From positions 213,885 through 277,884 of the forward strand of contig RQSC01000012.1 of assembly GCA_013416795.1 (NCBI GenBank): 64,000 nucleotides of DNA, given 5' to 3'. The DNA comes from Prasinococcaceae sp. CCMP 1430 (taxonomy: Eukaryota; Plantae; Prasinodermophyta). Positions 44,506 through 55,573 of this stretch are shown here, piece by piece (position 1 is the first letter of the stretch; each line of letters begins with the position of its first letter). The notes under the pieces were generated by a model. That model ran no database searches, was not told where the DNA came from, and worked only from the letters and a program-made list of their open reading frames with translations. Position numbers and translations under genes: made by a program.

Positions 44506-47172
44506 CTACATCGGCAGCAGGTCCTCTCCCAAATCACCACCCCAGTCCTCGTCTGCCTCAGCAGCCTGCGCAGCGCGAGCGTCCGCGGAGAGGCGGGGAT
44601 GGGTCAGAAACACTGGACTGGCGCAGTGGACGGGCGCGAGAGGGAGAGAGATCGAGCGCGCGCACCTTTGCACCCGATGCTACCTTGTTGGCCTTGCGCA
44701 GGGGGGCCGTGGCAGCGACCTGCAAGGGACTGGGCGGGCTGATGTCCATCGCAGCCGCGCCTGCCGGGCCCATTTTCCCACCAACGGCAATGGTCGGGCG
44801 CTGTGCGCTCCCGCCCATCCTTCTCCCAATCACGCCGCCACCGCTGTCGGCCACGCCGTCGTTCATGTCAGGCATGACGGGCGCCTCGTGCGCCGCCGCG
44901 CGCTCGGCCTTGCGCAGTTTGACCATGTACTCCTGCACGTCGTCCTTGCGGCCCATGTCTGTGCAAATGTGCACCAGATAGCGCAGGCACTCAACGTCAT
45001 CTGGGTGGTTGACGTGGATCTTCTTGTACTTTTCGAGAGCCTCCGGGTAACGCCCCACCCGCCGCAGGCAGCTGGCCACCATGAGCTGCCACTTGACCTC
45101 CGCGGGCTGTATGCGCGCGGCGAGGTCGAAGTAGGGCATCGCCTCCTCATACACCTCCGACTTGACGTGGAAGGCACCCAGCCACGAGATGACGTCCATG
45201 TTGACGGGAAAGACGCGATGCGCCTCGCGATAGTAATGGAGCGCCTTGGCTTCGTCGCCGTATTTTGCATGCGTGGACCCCAGCCGCGCCAGCACACCCG
45301 GGTCGTTCACCACGCGCGAATTGAGGTACTCCATCGTCTTGATCGACTGTCTGTAGTTGCCCGTCGCGTCGTAGCACGAGGCGATCTGGAAGATGACCTC
45401 CTGGTTCTCCGGCACGATCCCGTTGAGTTTCTTGAAGGCTTGCAGCGCCTCGGCATATTGGCCCAGCGCGCGGTTTGCCATGCCAAGATTGTAAATGGCC
45501 TCCACACAGTCCGCCTCGGCGCTCACCGCCTCCTGATACGCCGCCCTCGCGCCCTCGTAATCGCCGCGTCCGTAGAGGCAATTGCCGCGGTTGACGTGCG
45601 CGGATGCGTTGTAGCGGTCGTTGGCGACGGCCATGTCGGCGTACTCCATCGCATTGTCGAGGTCACCCTCCAGGAAGTATATGAAGGAAAGGTTGGTGGC
45701 CGCGCGCGCCTTGAGGTGCTGCTCCTTGAGCTCGAAGCCCTTGAGCACAGCGATGGCTTTCTCGAACTCGCGCAGGGCCAGGAACGCTGTCGCCTTGTGC
45801 ATTTCCACCTCGTTGGCAGCGGCGGTGAGGCCCTGCGAGTTAAGGGCCTCCGCACAGTACGAGAAAACCTCGAAAACGTCGCCGGCGATGGCCGGCGCGA
45901 TCAGGCGCGCGGCCATCGACACGTAGCGGTCCGACGCGCGCTTGCGCTCGCGCAGCTCGTCGCGCAGGCGGTCGGAGTCGGCCGCCTGCGCGAGCACCGC
46001 GCCCGCGCTACCGCCCGCTGCGCCCGCCGCGGCGACGGCACCTGCAGTGGCAACGCCCTCGGCCTCATCTTCCTCCTCCTGCTGGTCGTACTGTCGGATG
46101 GCCATCAGCCGTGAGAAGGACTTCTTCATGTTGTCGCTCGAGCCCATGGCGAAGTAGCACACCACAATGTTAAAGGCGGTGGGGTAGTCCGGCGCGCCCT
46201 CCATGATGCTCTCGAAGGCGTTCACGGCGTCCTGGTAGTTGCCCAGCCGCACGAATGCCAGGCCGATGTTGCGCATCACGCGGAAGCGCGCCTCCTTGCA
46301 CGCATTCGGGATCTGGTCCAGCGCCATGCGATAGTTCTTGATCGCCTGGGGGTACTTCTCCTGCTCGAAGTAGATGTTGCCCATGTTGACGCGCAGCCGC
46401 CCCGCGTGCGCGAAGGCCTTGTTTTTGACCACCTGCATGTAGGCGTTCATCGCCTCGGGGTACAGTCGGTTCTTCTGCAGCTGGAGGCCCAGGTTGAAGC
46501 ACACGGCGAAGGTGAGGTCGACGTTGATCTGGTCGCCCATGTCGTAGCCTTCGCGCAGCTTGCACAGCGCGCGCTCGCGGCGGCCGGCCTCCTTGGCGCG
46601 TTCGAGCGCGCCCGTGAGGTCGCCAGAGGCGCTCATCGTGGCGCTCTCCTCGAGCAGCTCGTGCACCTTGAGCTCGGCGGCCTTGCACTCGAAGTCCGGC
46701 CCGTGCTCGCGCTGGCGCTGCACCGGCGCCGCGCCGACGGCCGTGCCGGTGCCCGCCGGATCCAGGGCGCTGCGTCCGCCGGCACCGCCCGTCGCGCTGG
46801 AGTAGCCCGCCGCCTTGTTGGACGTCATGGGCCTGGCGGTGCCCGGCGGCGGCGCGCCTGCGCCCATCGCGGTGCCCATCGGCGCTGACGCGCCGTAGCC
46901 CATTTCAGGCGCGGGCGCGTCATACGCTTCGCCGCCGGTGTCGTTGAAGCCACTGTACAGGTCGTCGTCCGCCGAGGGCTGCGATGTGGCCGACGGAGGC
47001 GCGAGAGCGGTCAGCTGGCGCACGCCAGGAAAGAAGCAGCCGCGGTAGACGACGGTGCGCGCGCATGGCGCGCGCGCATGCGTGTATGTGCGTGCGGAGG
47101 CGCTTGCGCCTGCGCTTGCTGCGCGTGAGCGCGCGAGGTGGCGTGGGCGCGACGCGCTCGCACCACGTCCAT
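44506..47172 (-). CDS. IFT88: Intraflagellar transport protein 88 (TPR); introns 46979-47163 and 44566-44665
   Basis: DDDLYSGF, RPMTSNKAAGYS, AGRLRVNMGNIY, AIKNYRMALDQIP, DCVEAIYNLG, VKWQLMVASC; spliced end DLGEDLLPM. Confidence 0.95.
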
Positions 47173-48322
47173 GGCCGCTCGCGCCGCCCGGCGCCGCCCG
47201 GCGCCGCCCGCCCGCGCACGGCACTCTGGCGCACCCAAGCCCCTCCCCTTCGTCCCAGTTGACGATGGCCCCTGCCAACGCCCGCGCTCCGCCCGCGCCC
47301 GGTGGCCCCAGCGCTCGCCCTCCCTCGTCCCCCGGCGCGCACACGCGCCGCAGTCGGGGAACCGCTTTCGAATGCGCATCCGCAGGTCAAACGGAACGCG
47401 CGAACCGCGCGGCCCTGAAACCCGGGCCGATTGCGAGCGCACCTGGCCCAGCCAGGTCAGAACTGAATTGCATACCTGGGAAGTCCGACGGCTACCAGCG
47501 GTCGGACCGTGGACAGACCGGGGGTGTGCGAGGGCCTGGACGCTTGTGTGCCCGGAATGTGAATTCTGGACTCTAACCCTGATATCTAACCATAAATGGG
47601 GCGATCTCACAGATGCACGTGCACTCTCGAGCTCACGCGCGCCCGAACCTCAACCATTTCTTGCAATTGAAGAAATGGATCCATCTGATTCTGATGGCAT
47701 CTTCCGTCATCTGACTGACTGACGTGCAACGGTCGGGTCGCCTGTCGATGGCCGATTCGGTCGGCGGTGCTCGTGACGACAGAGGCGCGCGCGTCGCTCG
47801 CCAACGGGCGGATGTTTTTCGGGGTGTTTTTGGCCGTTTTGAACTCGTTTGGTTTCGTTCGATCGGCGGCCGGCGGCGCGGCCGCGGCCGGGCGCTCGCG
47901 GCGCCACAGCGCGCGCCCGCGAGCGCGCGAGAGAGGTGGTGGGTGGGGGGGGGAGGGGCGCCGCGCGCAGTCGGCGCGCGCGCTCCGCTCGGCGCGCGGT
48001 CGATTCGACTACGTGGGACCCAGGCCGATCCGCCGCGAGAGGCGCGCAGGGCGGCACTCCCGAACCGCCGGTGACGCCGCCGGGCCCTGCAGTGGCGGGC
48101 TCGGTGCGCGAAGCTGCCGCGACAGCGCGCCGCAGAGCGCGCGGGCCGTCCCTCCCTCCCCTGGGACGTGAGGGGAAGGGCGCGGGCGCACGCGCGCTCG
48201 TAGCAGGAGGGACGTGGCGGGGTGCTGCCATAGCTCCCCCTCCCCCCCCTCCCCCCCTTCTGTACTTCACGCGCAAGAAGGCAGCGGCAGAGGCGGCGGT
48301 GGCGCCAGTAGCAGCGAGCGTG

Positions 48323-49260
48323 ATGGTCAGCGCAGAGCGAGAGGTATGCGCGCGCGCGCGCTAGAGCGCTCGCTTGGAGGGGGAGTGCGCCCGCGAGAGT
48401 GCGTGCGTGCGGGGTGTTTGCGGCCCAGCCCGCCCATGTGGCGGTACGCTCGGGATCCTCGTGTGCACAGGGGTGGCCTGCGCGGACAGGGCGGTCCTGT
48501 CCGTAGCGCGGCTGCGCTCGACCGCCCGCTCGACCACCAGCGCTGCGCTGCGTGGCATCCTCCCACAACGACAGCATGCGCTGACGATCGCGCGCGCGCG
48601 GCCTCGCGATCGCAGCTTTCCATCCGCGCGCGCGTGGCCAACGTGTACAATCGCCCCGAAAGCGACTTCCCAACGCGCGATGAGTACAATGACTATCTCG
48701 AGGCGGCCGAGGATCTCATCTTCGAGCTGATCAGCGACGACCAGGAGGTGGCCAAGGCCGCGGAGAGGCGGTTACGAGAGTACCAGACGGATAACCGCGA
48801 GGCCATTGCCATCTACGCGGCGCAGCGCGCGGAGGAAGAGCGCGGGGAGCGCGACGCTCTGCGCGCCGAGGAAGAAGCCCGGCGGGCGCGCGAGGGCGGG
48901 GCGAGTGACGTCTCGATGATGCACACGCCGGCTGCGGCACGGGAGGGCGCGCTCTTGGCAGGTATGCCGACATCACACAGTGGCGGCTCGGGGCCTGGGC
49001 CGCGCTCTGAGCAAGGCACCGACGGGGGCGGCGGGCGCTCCCGGCCGATGTTGTACACGCCAGCAATGGCCGCCAACCCGCTCGCGCCGCTCGTGCAGCC
49101 GACGCCGGTGCAGGATGGGGTGAACAACGGTGGCATGATCTCCAGGTGGGAGGACTTGCATGGGCCGCGAAAGGAGGCCGCCGTGCGCGCCAGCGGCTGG
49201 TCGTACGCGCTCGTCGAGCAGCGCGCCAGGGACGAGCTCCTCGGTCTGCTCATGGTGTAG
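48323..49260 (+). CDS. MAT1: CDK-activating kinase assembly factor MAT1 (RING-less plant type); intron 48344-48615
   Basis: MVSAERE|LSIRARVANVYNRPESDFPTRDEYNDYLEAAEDLIFELI; C-terminal AVRASGWS..RARDE. Confidence 0.88.
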
Positions 49261-49513
49261 CGGCGTGTAGTCACTAATAGCGGTCGGAGTAATACAGTAC
49301 ATTCAAGTGCGATAGCCCCCGCGGAGCTACACGCGCCGTCGCGCGCTGCGACACGCGGCCGGGGCGCGCTCGCCCTAAGGAGTGCCGTCGTACATCGCAC
49401 AACGAACTTTACACTCGCGCGCAGCGCCTGCGTGCTTCCTCGGCGTACCCGTACCGTGCAGCGTGCGCCCGCTCTCACCTCCTCGGGGCATGGCGCAGCC
49501 CCGCGCGCGGCGC

Positions 49514-50044
49514 TCACCGGCCGCCCTGCCTCTTCTCGCGGAAGACGATGCGCCCCTTGGTGAGGTCGTAGGGCGAGAGGTCGACGCGCACCGTGTCACC
49601 CGCGAGAATGCGGATGTGGTTCTTGCGCATCTTGCCGCTGATGTGCGCGAGCACCTCCACGCCATTCTCCAGCTCGACCTTGAACTGCGCGCCGGGCAGG
49701 GTGTCCATCACAGTGCCGGCCATCTGCGGCGCACGCGTCGAGCGGATGTGGGTGGCCGAGGCGGCGCGTGTCAGGGCGCGCGAGGGCAGCGAGCAAACCA
49801 GGCTGCAACCATCACGCTATGTGCTTGCGCCGCGCGTTCGTCGCGCGCTTGCACGCTCCCTCGCGGCGCGTACCTGGAAGGTGCCCTCGTCGTTGGCGGA
49901 GGCGCACACGCGGCGGTTGCGCACGCCGCTGCACGCGCCGGCGCCGTAGCCGGCGTGCGCGCCGCGCACGCGGCGCGCGGAGGCACCCACTCGCAGCGGA
50001 AGCGACACGCGGGCGCCTTTAGGCGGGGCGTTAGGGATGGGCAT
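49514..50044 (-). CDS. infA: Bacterial-type translation initiation factor IF-1, nucleus-encoded with organellar transit peptide; intron 49724-49873
   Basis: [57 protein letters not shown]; Arg/Ala-rich exon 1 ending RRVCA. Confidence 0.93.
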
Positions 50045-50963
50045 GCCGCAGGCAGGCGCCGGGTGCCGCGTCAGTGCATGCGAGGCCACAGGCGCGACGG
50101 ACGCACGCTCCTCTCGCCGGCCTGCGAGGGCGGTGCGCTGCGTGACGCCCAGGCGCAGCAGCTGCGCGTCCGCGCCCGCCGCGCACGCCAGGCCCCTCCA
50201 CAAGCAATGTGCGGGTGAGGCGTGCGCCTCCTGCCCCGCCGCCCCTCTTCAAGCACGGGCGCCGGCGCCCCCCTCGCGCCCGGCCCGGCCCGGCCCGCCA
50301 CTGCCTGCGCAACCCTATCCAAAACCCCGCCCCCCGCGCGGCGCGGCTGCGCACGCACCTGCGAATGACGCCGCGGCGCGCGACGCCATCTCTGGTCCGG
50401 TCGGCGCGGGGGCAAAAAAGGGGGCGCCGGCTGCGCGCTGTGGCGCCCGCGCACCGCACCACTCGCATCCACGCCGCCGCACCGCACCGCACCGCCGCGG
50501 TCGCGCCACACAAAATTCGCGGCAATGCGCGCAAAAAACGCCCACCAAACCGGCAAAATCGCCCCGACGGCGCGCGGACGCCCCTCGGAATCGCTCGGGA
50601 GAAATCGCGGGCGAAAACGCAGCGCCGCGCATCCGAATCGATACGAGATCCAGCCACCGAAAAAAAAAGCTTGCTTTTCTTTTGGTTGTGCCCGGCAGAA
50701 AATACAGAGGTCATCAAAAAAATCGTTCGCCTCGCCAGGCGGATTCACGCCCGCCTAAAAGTCGTTCCAGCGCGCGCCGCTTGGCCAGGGCGCCGAATTT
50801 TACCCGCGCTACTCATAGAGACTTTCCGCGCCCCCGCCGCTGCAGCGAGGCGCCGTCGGCGAGGGGTTCGGAGCGCTCAGGGCAGGTGCCTCCGGCAAAG
50901 CATAGCGTCGGATGGCCAACGACGACTGATCTCTCTTGCGCAGTGGCCAGGCGAAATGTACCA

Positions 50964-53900
50964 ATGGCACGGGCCGAGCGGCCGGAGTTTCTTCGCTNCC
51001 TCGGCGGCACGCCGCGCGCTCGGACGTGGGGCGCGGGCGCGCCGGCGCACGCGCCCGGCGGGTACAGCTACGAGTACGAGTATGAGCGCGCGCGCGTGCG
51101 CGCGGCGGCGCTCAGCGCCCGCGGCGCCTACGCGGGTGACGTCGAAGTCGACGCGAGCGCTTACGCGGCTGGCGACGACGGCGACGTCGACGCGAGCGAC
51201 GCGGCCGTGGAGCGCGCGAGGCGTCACGCGGAGGAGGTGCGAAGTGGTCGCGTCCCCAGCCCTTCGCCGCGCGCGCCAGGGCTCGGCGGAGACACCGGGA
51301 GTGGTGGCGTGGCCGCGCCGAGCGCGCTGCTAAGCGCGGCACTGGGAGGCAGCGCGGCGGAGGTGTCTGCCGACGAGCTCGCCGCGCTCAGCGGCGCATA
51401 CGAGCGCATGATGGAGGAGGAGCAGAAGGAGAGGAAGAAGACCGTGTCTGCCGACGAGCTCGCGGCGCTCAGCGGCGCATACGAGCGCATGATGGAGGAG
51501 GAGCGAAAGGAGAGGAAGAAGACGGCGGACGTCGCGGCGGAAGGCGCACCGGACGTCGAAGCGGAGGACGTGGCCGTCACGGAGGAGGCCGTCGCCGCCG
51601 CGTCGGCTCGGGCGCGGCGATATGCGGCCGAGGAGGCCGGCGTGCGCCCGCACCTGCTACCCGAGGCCAATACTGTCGACGCGCTTGAGCGCGCAAAGGC
51701 GCTCACCGCTGCGGCGTACGGCAAGCTGCCCGACCTGACCTTCGGCCTGCCCGGTGCGGGTGAGGCTCCGCCGCAGCAGATGGACACGAGCAACCCGACG
51801 CTGAGCGCAGCCAAGCTCAGCGAGGCTCATGCGCGCATGGCGCGCGAAATGGCCGGCATGCCACTCGTCGGGGGCGAGGGGCCCGTGCTGGCAGTGCAAG
51901 CGGGCTCGGGCGCGCTACTCATGGGGTCTGGCGGCCGCGTGCCGACGTACCCCTACCATCCGGACGAGCCGCTTCAGAGTCAGCAGGAGCTCGCCAGCAG
52001 CGTGAGCACGGGCAATGTCGCGCGCGCGCGCGCCCCCACGGGGGGTGCACGCCGCGCCAAGCGCACCTACAAGCTCGCGCTGCGCACCGGCTCGGCCGCG
52101 GACGCCGGCACCAGTGCTGTGGTGAGCGTGTGCTTGCGCGGTGCGGGTGGGCGCACGTCGGGCATGCGAAGGCTGCCCAGCGGCGAAGGCCTGTTCGTGC
52201 GCGGCAACACCGACGTGTTCTGGCTCGACGCGCCAGAGCTGGGGCCGCTCGAGGCGCTCGAGGTTTCACACGACGGTGGCGGACACGCGCCTGGTTGGCA
52301 GCTTGCCGGCGCGAGTGTGGTGGACGTCAGCACCAGCATCGAGGTGGACTTCCCCGCCGGCGTATGGTTCGACGCCAAGCGCGGCGACGGCGCGACGAGC
52401 CGCACGCTGTTTGCATCGGGGCGGTCGGGTGCGCAGGCGCAGCATGCGGGCGCCGAGGCAGGCACTGCTCCGTTGGTGCTGACGCTGTCGACAGCTGATG
52501 AGTACGGATCGGGTACGGACGCCGACGTTGCTGTGGAGGTGTGGGGCAAGGTTCGAGGCGTGCCTGCGTCATCGGGCATGTGGCGGCTGCGCAACGATGG
52601 TCGCAACTTCTCTCGCGGCGCAGTGTCGAGCTTCGTTCTCACGGGACTGCCACGCCTCGACCGCGTGACAAGCGTAAAGGTCGGGCTGGAGCCCGCCGGC
52701 GCGGAGCCCCGCTGGCGCTTGGATCGCGCGAGCGTGCTCGATGCCGACAGCGGCACGGAGACGACATTCGCATTTTCTGCGTGGCTCGATCGCCGCGCTG
52801 GGCTCGTGGCAGAGCTCGCCGATGGCGAAGTGCTGGCGCACCCCAAGCAGCGCAAGGTGCCCACTCGTCACCCGGTCGTACAGCAGCCAGTGGTGACCAA
52901 GGCTGAACGCGAGAGGCCAAAATACGAGGGGCTCCCCTCTGATCCCTTGGCGCGCCGGACGGCCTCAACGAAGGCCACGCGGCCGGCCAGCGCTGGGGCG
53001 GCAGGTGGGGCGGTTGCCGTCCCCACCGAGCTTCCCGTGACACCCGCAGTGGCTGCCGCTTGGACATACTTGCCACCACAGGTGGCCAAGGCGCTCGAGG
53101 GTGACCCGTTCTCAGCGACACTGAGCTTTGTCGACGAAAACGCGCCGCGGGTCGCGCGACTCTTCGCCGACCGCGACATGCGCATGACAGTCGCCGAGGT
53201 GGATGAAATGCTGCTCGCGCGCGCGCGGCCGCGCGCGGCGGCGCGCGAGCACTCGCACTTCCGCGCCATGCTCGTCGCGGGTGCGCGAGGCGATTTCAGC
53301 GAGAAAGAGCTACGCACCGCCCTCAAGGAGTGCTCTGACACTCGCAACATGGTGCGCCGCGGCTTGGATGGCGGCGGCCGTGGCGAGCGCGCCGCCACTG
53401 AGATCCACGCGGGCGAGGTCCTCAAGCGCCTGGGGCTCTTTCTCACTCATGGGGAACACGCGGAGCGGTCTTTTGGCAAATTCGACGCGGACCGCTCGGG
53501 CTACCTCGAGCCCGTCGAGCAGCTCGCGCTCATCAAACACGTCATGCCCAGCCTTGCCCCGGGCATACTGCGCTATGTCATGGCGTACCTCGACAGCCTC
53601 GACGCGGACGGCGACGGCCGACTGAGCTTCCCAGAATTGCGCGCCGTGGCGACGGGTGAGCGCGGTCCCAAGGTCGACCGAAGCGCGACGCAGCTGCAGC
53701 CGATGGCGATTGTGCCACAGGCCTTCCCGGTCGCGGCGGATGGCGCCCTGCCCATCAACATGGTGACGATCGAGCCCACGCTGCAGCCACTTCAGGACGC
53801 GCGCGCCGCGGGCAGCGGCGGAGAGCTGCCGAGCGGCGACGCCACGATGCAGCGCATGAAGCTCGCTGGCGCTGCGGAGGCACACGAGGCGCTCGTGCAC

Positions 53901-54425
53901 GCGGCGGCTGCGGCCCAAGCTGCGTCGCGCGCGGCATCGCTCGCAAGCGGCGCAGGGAGTGCCTCAACGCGCCTCGCACAGCCGCAGCTGCACGAACTGC
54001 CATTGCACGAGCGCGCGGCGGCGGCCGCTGCGCAAGCGGAGGCCCTGGTGGGTGCTGCGAGCCTCACAGCCGAGGCCACGGCGGGCGGCGGAGCCGAGGC
54101 AGTGGCTCGCCGCGTCACACCGGCACCAAGTGCGAGCAACGCGGTGGCCGCGATGAGCGTGCCCCAGGTGGCCGCTTTCGTGCGATCGCTCGAGATGGAC
54201 GACACACTCTGGCGCGAGAATTCAGTGAGTGGCAAGGACCTTCTCGGGCTCAGTGACGGGGACTTGAAAGAGCATCTTGGGCTCACCGCGCTGCAGGTGC
54301 GCAAATTGCGGAGGGAGCTGGCGCAACGTTTGGTGGCGGGTAGCGAGGCGGTGGCCGCGCCCTCGCAGGCCGAGACGACGCAGGCAGGGGGCGCGGGCGT
54401 GGGAGCGGCGCCCACGCCCGGGTAG
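50964..54425 (+). CDS. Protein with two PLAT/LH2 domains, an EF-hand pair and a SAM domain (5' end crosses N at 50998)
   Basis: YKLALRTG..AGTSAVVSVCLRG..FVRGNTDVF..LGPL..VSHDG; second GSGTDADVAVEVWG..FSRG; DADRSGYLE and DADGDGRLSFPE; VSGKDLLGLSDGDLKEHLGL. Confidence 0.8.
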   Translation: MARAERPEFLRXLGGTPRARTWGAGAPAHAPGGYSYEYEYERARVRAAALSARGAYAGDVEVDASAYAAGDDGDVDASDAAVERARRHAEEVRSGRVPSPSPRAPGLGGDTGSGGVAAPSALLSAALGGSAAEVSADELAALSGAYERMMEEEQKERKKTVSADELAALSGAYERMMEEERKERKKTADVAAEGAPDVEAEDVAVTEEAVAAASARARRYAAEEAGVRPHLLPEANTVDALERAKALTAAAYGKLPDLTFGLPGAGEAPPQQMDTSNPTLSAAKLSEAHARMAREMAGMPLVGGEGPVLAVQAGSGALLMGSGGRVPTYPYHPDEPLQSQQELASSVSTGNVARARAPTGGARRAKRTYKLALRTGSAADAGTSAVVSVCLRGAGGRTSGMRRLPSGEGLFVRGNTDVFWLDAPELGPLEALEVSHDGGGHAPGWQLAGASVVDVSTSIEVDFPAGVWFDAKRGDGATSRTLFASGRSGAQAQHAGAEAGTAPLVLTLSTADEYGSGTDADVAVEVWGKVRGVPASSGMWRLRNDGRNFSRGAVSSFVLTGLPRLDRVTSVKVGLEPAGAEPRWRLDRASVLDADSGTETTFAFSAWLDRRAGLVAELADGEVLAHPKQRKVPTRHPVVQQPVVTKAERERPKYEGLPSDPLARRTASTKATRPASAGAAGGAVAVPTELPVTPAVAAAWTYLPPQVAKALEGDPFSATLSFVDENAPRVARLFADRDMRMTVAEVDEMLLARARPRAAAREHSHFRAMLVAGARGDFSEKELRTALKECSDTRNMVRRGLDGGGRGERAATEIHAGEVLKRLGLFLTHGEHAERSFGKFDADRSGYLEPVEQLALIKHVMPSLAPGILRYVMAYLDSLDADGDGRLSFPELRAVATGERGPKVDRSATQLQPMAIVPQAFPVAADGALPINMVTIEPTLQPLQDARAAGSGGELPSGDATMQRMKLAGAAEAHEALVHAAAAAQAASRAASLASGAGSASTRLAQPQLHELPLHERAAAAAAQAEALVGAASLTAEATAGGGAEAVARRVTPAPSASNAVAAMSVPQVAAFVRSLEMDDTLWRENSVSGKDLLGLSDGDLKEHLGLTALQVRKLRRELAQRLVAGSEAVAAPSQAETTQAGGAGVGAAPTPG
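51363..51523 (+). repeat. Two near-identical 81-bp in-frame tandem repeats (VSADELAALSGAYERMMEEEqKERKKT)
   Basis: Copies start at 51363 and 51444 and differ at only a few positions. Confidence 0.9.
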
Positions 54426-54910
54426 GCACTTGCGCCAGAACCTGTGCAGCCCGCGCCCGGACCGACACCCGCGTCCTTGCCGCCCCCCGGTCCCGGCAAG
54501 ACGCCGTGACCCCCCTTCCGCTGCCGCGCGGCGACTGCGCGTAGCTGATTAACAAACACGCAGATGGTGCCAAGCGCGTGGAGGCGACTGCCCCCTCTCG
54601 GTCTTGCGCGCGGCGCAGCCTAGCAGCGGGCCGGCCGAAGCTGCCCCGAGCGCGCGCGCTCTGGCTCACGCCCTCTGCCCGCCGCACTCTTGTGCCCGGG
54701 AGGGACACGCCCGGCCCGCCGTCTCCCGCCTGCCTGCGCCTCTTAGCCTACCTCTCACTCGCCTGCCCCCGCGGGAAAGCAACATTGCGGAGCGGTAAGG
54801 CGCACATGCGCGCACGCTGCAGCGACTGGGCTGAGGAATCCTGTCTAACCGTCAGACAATGCAGGGAGGCACAACGCACGCCGCGCACGCCGCGCGCTCG
54901 CGTCGGGGCA

Positions 54911-55573
54911 ATGTCGCCGCCAGGGGGCGAGGGCGACGAGGAGGAGGCGAGGTATGACGACGTGACGGGCGCGCCGCTCAACGCGCGTGCGCGCGCCATC
55001 GTCGAGCGCGCCGCGGCCGACGCGCGCGCTGCCGAAGCTGCGGCGGGGGGCAGAGGCGAAGGTGGCAGCGGGGACGGTGAAGGCGCAGGCGAGGGTGGCG
55101 GTGCAACGGTGGGCGGCGCATTCGCTTCCATTCCGCGCGTGATACTCGAGGAGGGCACGTGGAAGTACGTGCAGGTCGAGCTGAGCGCTCCGGGGGAAAA
55201 GCGCATCAAGGTGCGAGGCTGCTCAAGAGGCGCAGCGCTCGCTGCTTTGTGCGCTGTGGCCGCGGCCTTGCGTGCCCGCAGCTCACACAGCCGCGCGTGG
55301 CGGCGCCGCCAGGTCGTGAGGTCCGCGCGCGTGTCGTACCACCCCGAGGTGTACGAGCTCCTCATGAATGAGCTCTGCCGCACGCACCCAAGCGTGCGCG
55401 GGCGCGTCGTTGGCGGCGGGAGGATCAAATACGACGCACAGGCAAGGACCGTCAGCATCTACGGCTACAGCAAAAGCTTCGGCCGCGCGCCAGGCTGCAA
55501 CGAGCGCAGCGCGAAGATGGTCTCCAAGGCGATGCCCGATGCAAAGGTGGAGTGGTCCGACACGGGATATTGA
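54911..55573 (+). CDS. PHPT1: Janus/Ocnus family protein (14-kDa phosphohistidine phosphatase-like); in-frame intron 55211-55312
   Basis: EGTWKYVQV, VVR...YHPEVYE, GGGRI, SIYGYSKSFGRA, WSDTGY. Confidence 0.85.
   Translation: MSPPGGEGDEEEARYDDVTGAPLNARARAIVERAAADARAAEAAAGGRGEGGSGDGEGAGEGGGATVGGAFASIPRVILEEGTWKYVQVELSAPGEKRIKVRGCSRGAALAALCAVAAALRARSSHSRAWRRRQVVRSARVSYHPEVYELLMNELCRTHPSVRGRVVGGGRIKYDAQARTVSIYGYSKSFGRAPGCNERSAKMVSKAMPDAKVEWSDTGY

Noticed and set aside
47460-47575. ATACCTGG and AATTCTGG resembling a U1 5' end and an Sm site
   Set aside because: The U1 sequence ACTTACCTG and the U1 stem-loops are absent; the match is too weak.
50037-50963. N-terminal 300 aa of the 1462-aa ORF
   Set aside because: It overlaps the infA start and promoter-like low-complexity DNA and precedes an N; it is probably a chance open frame.
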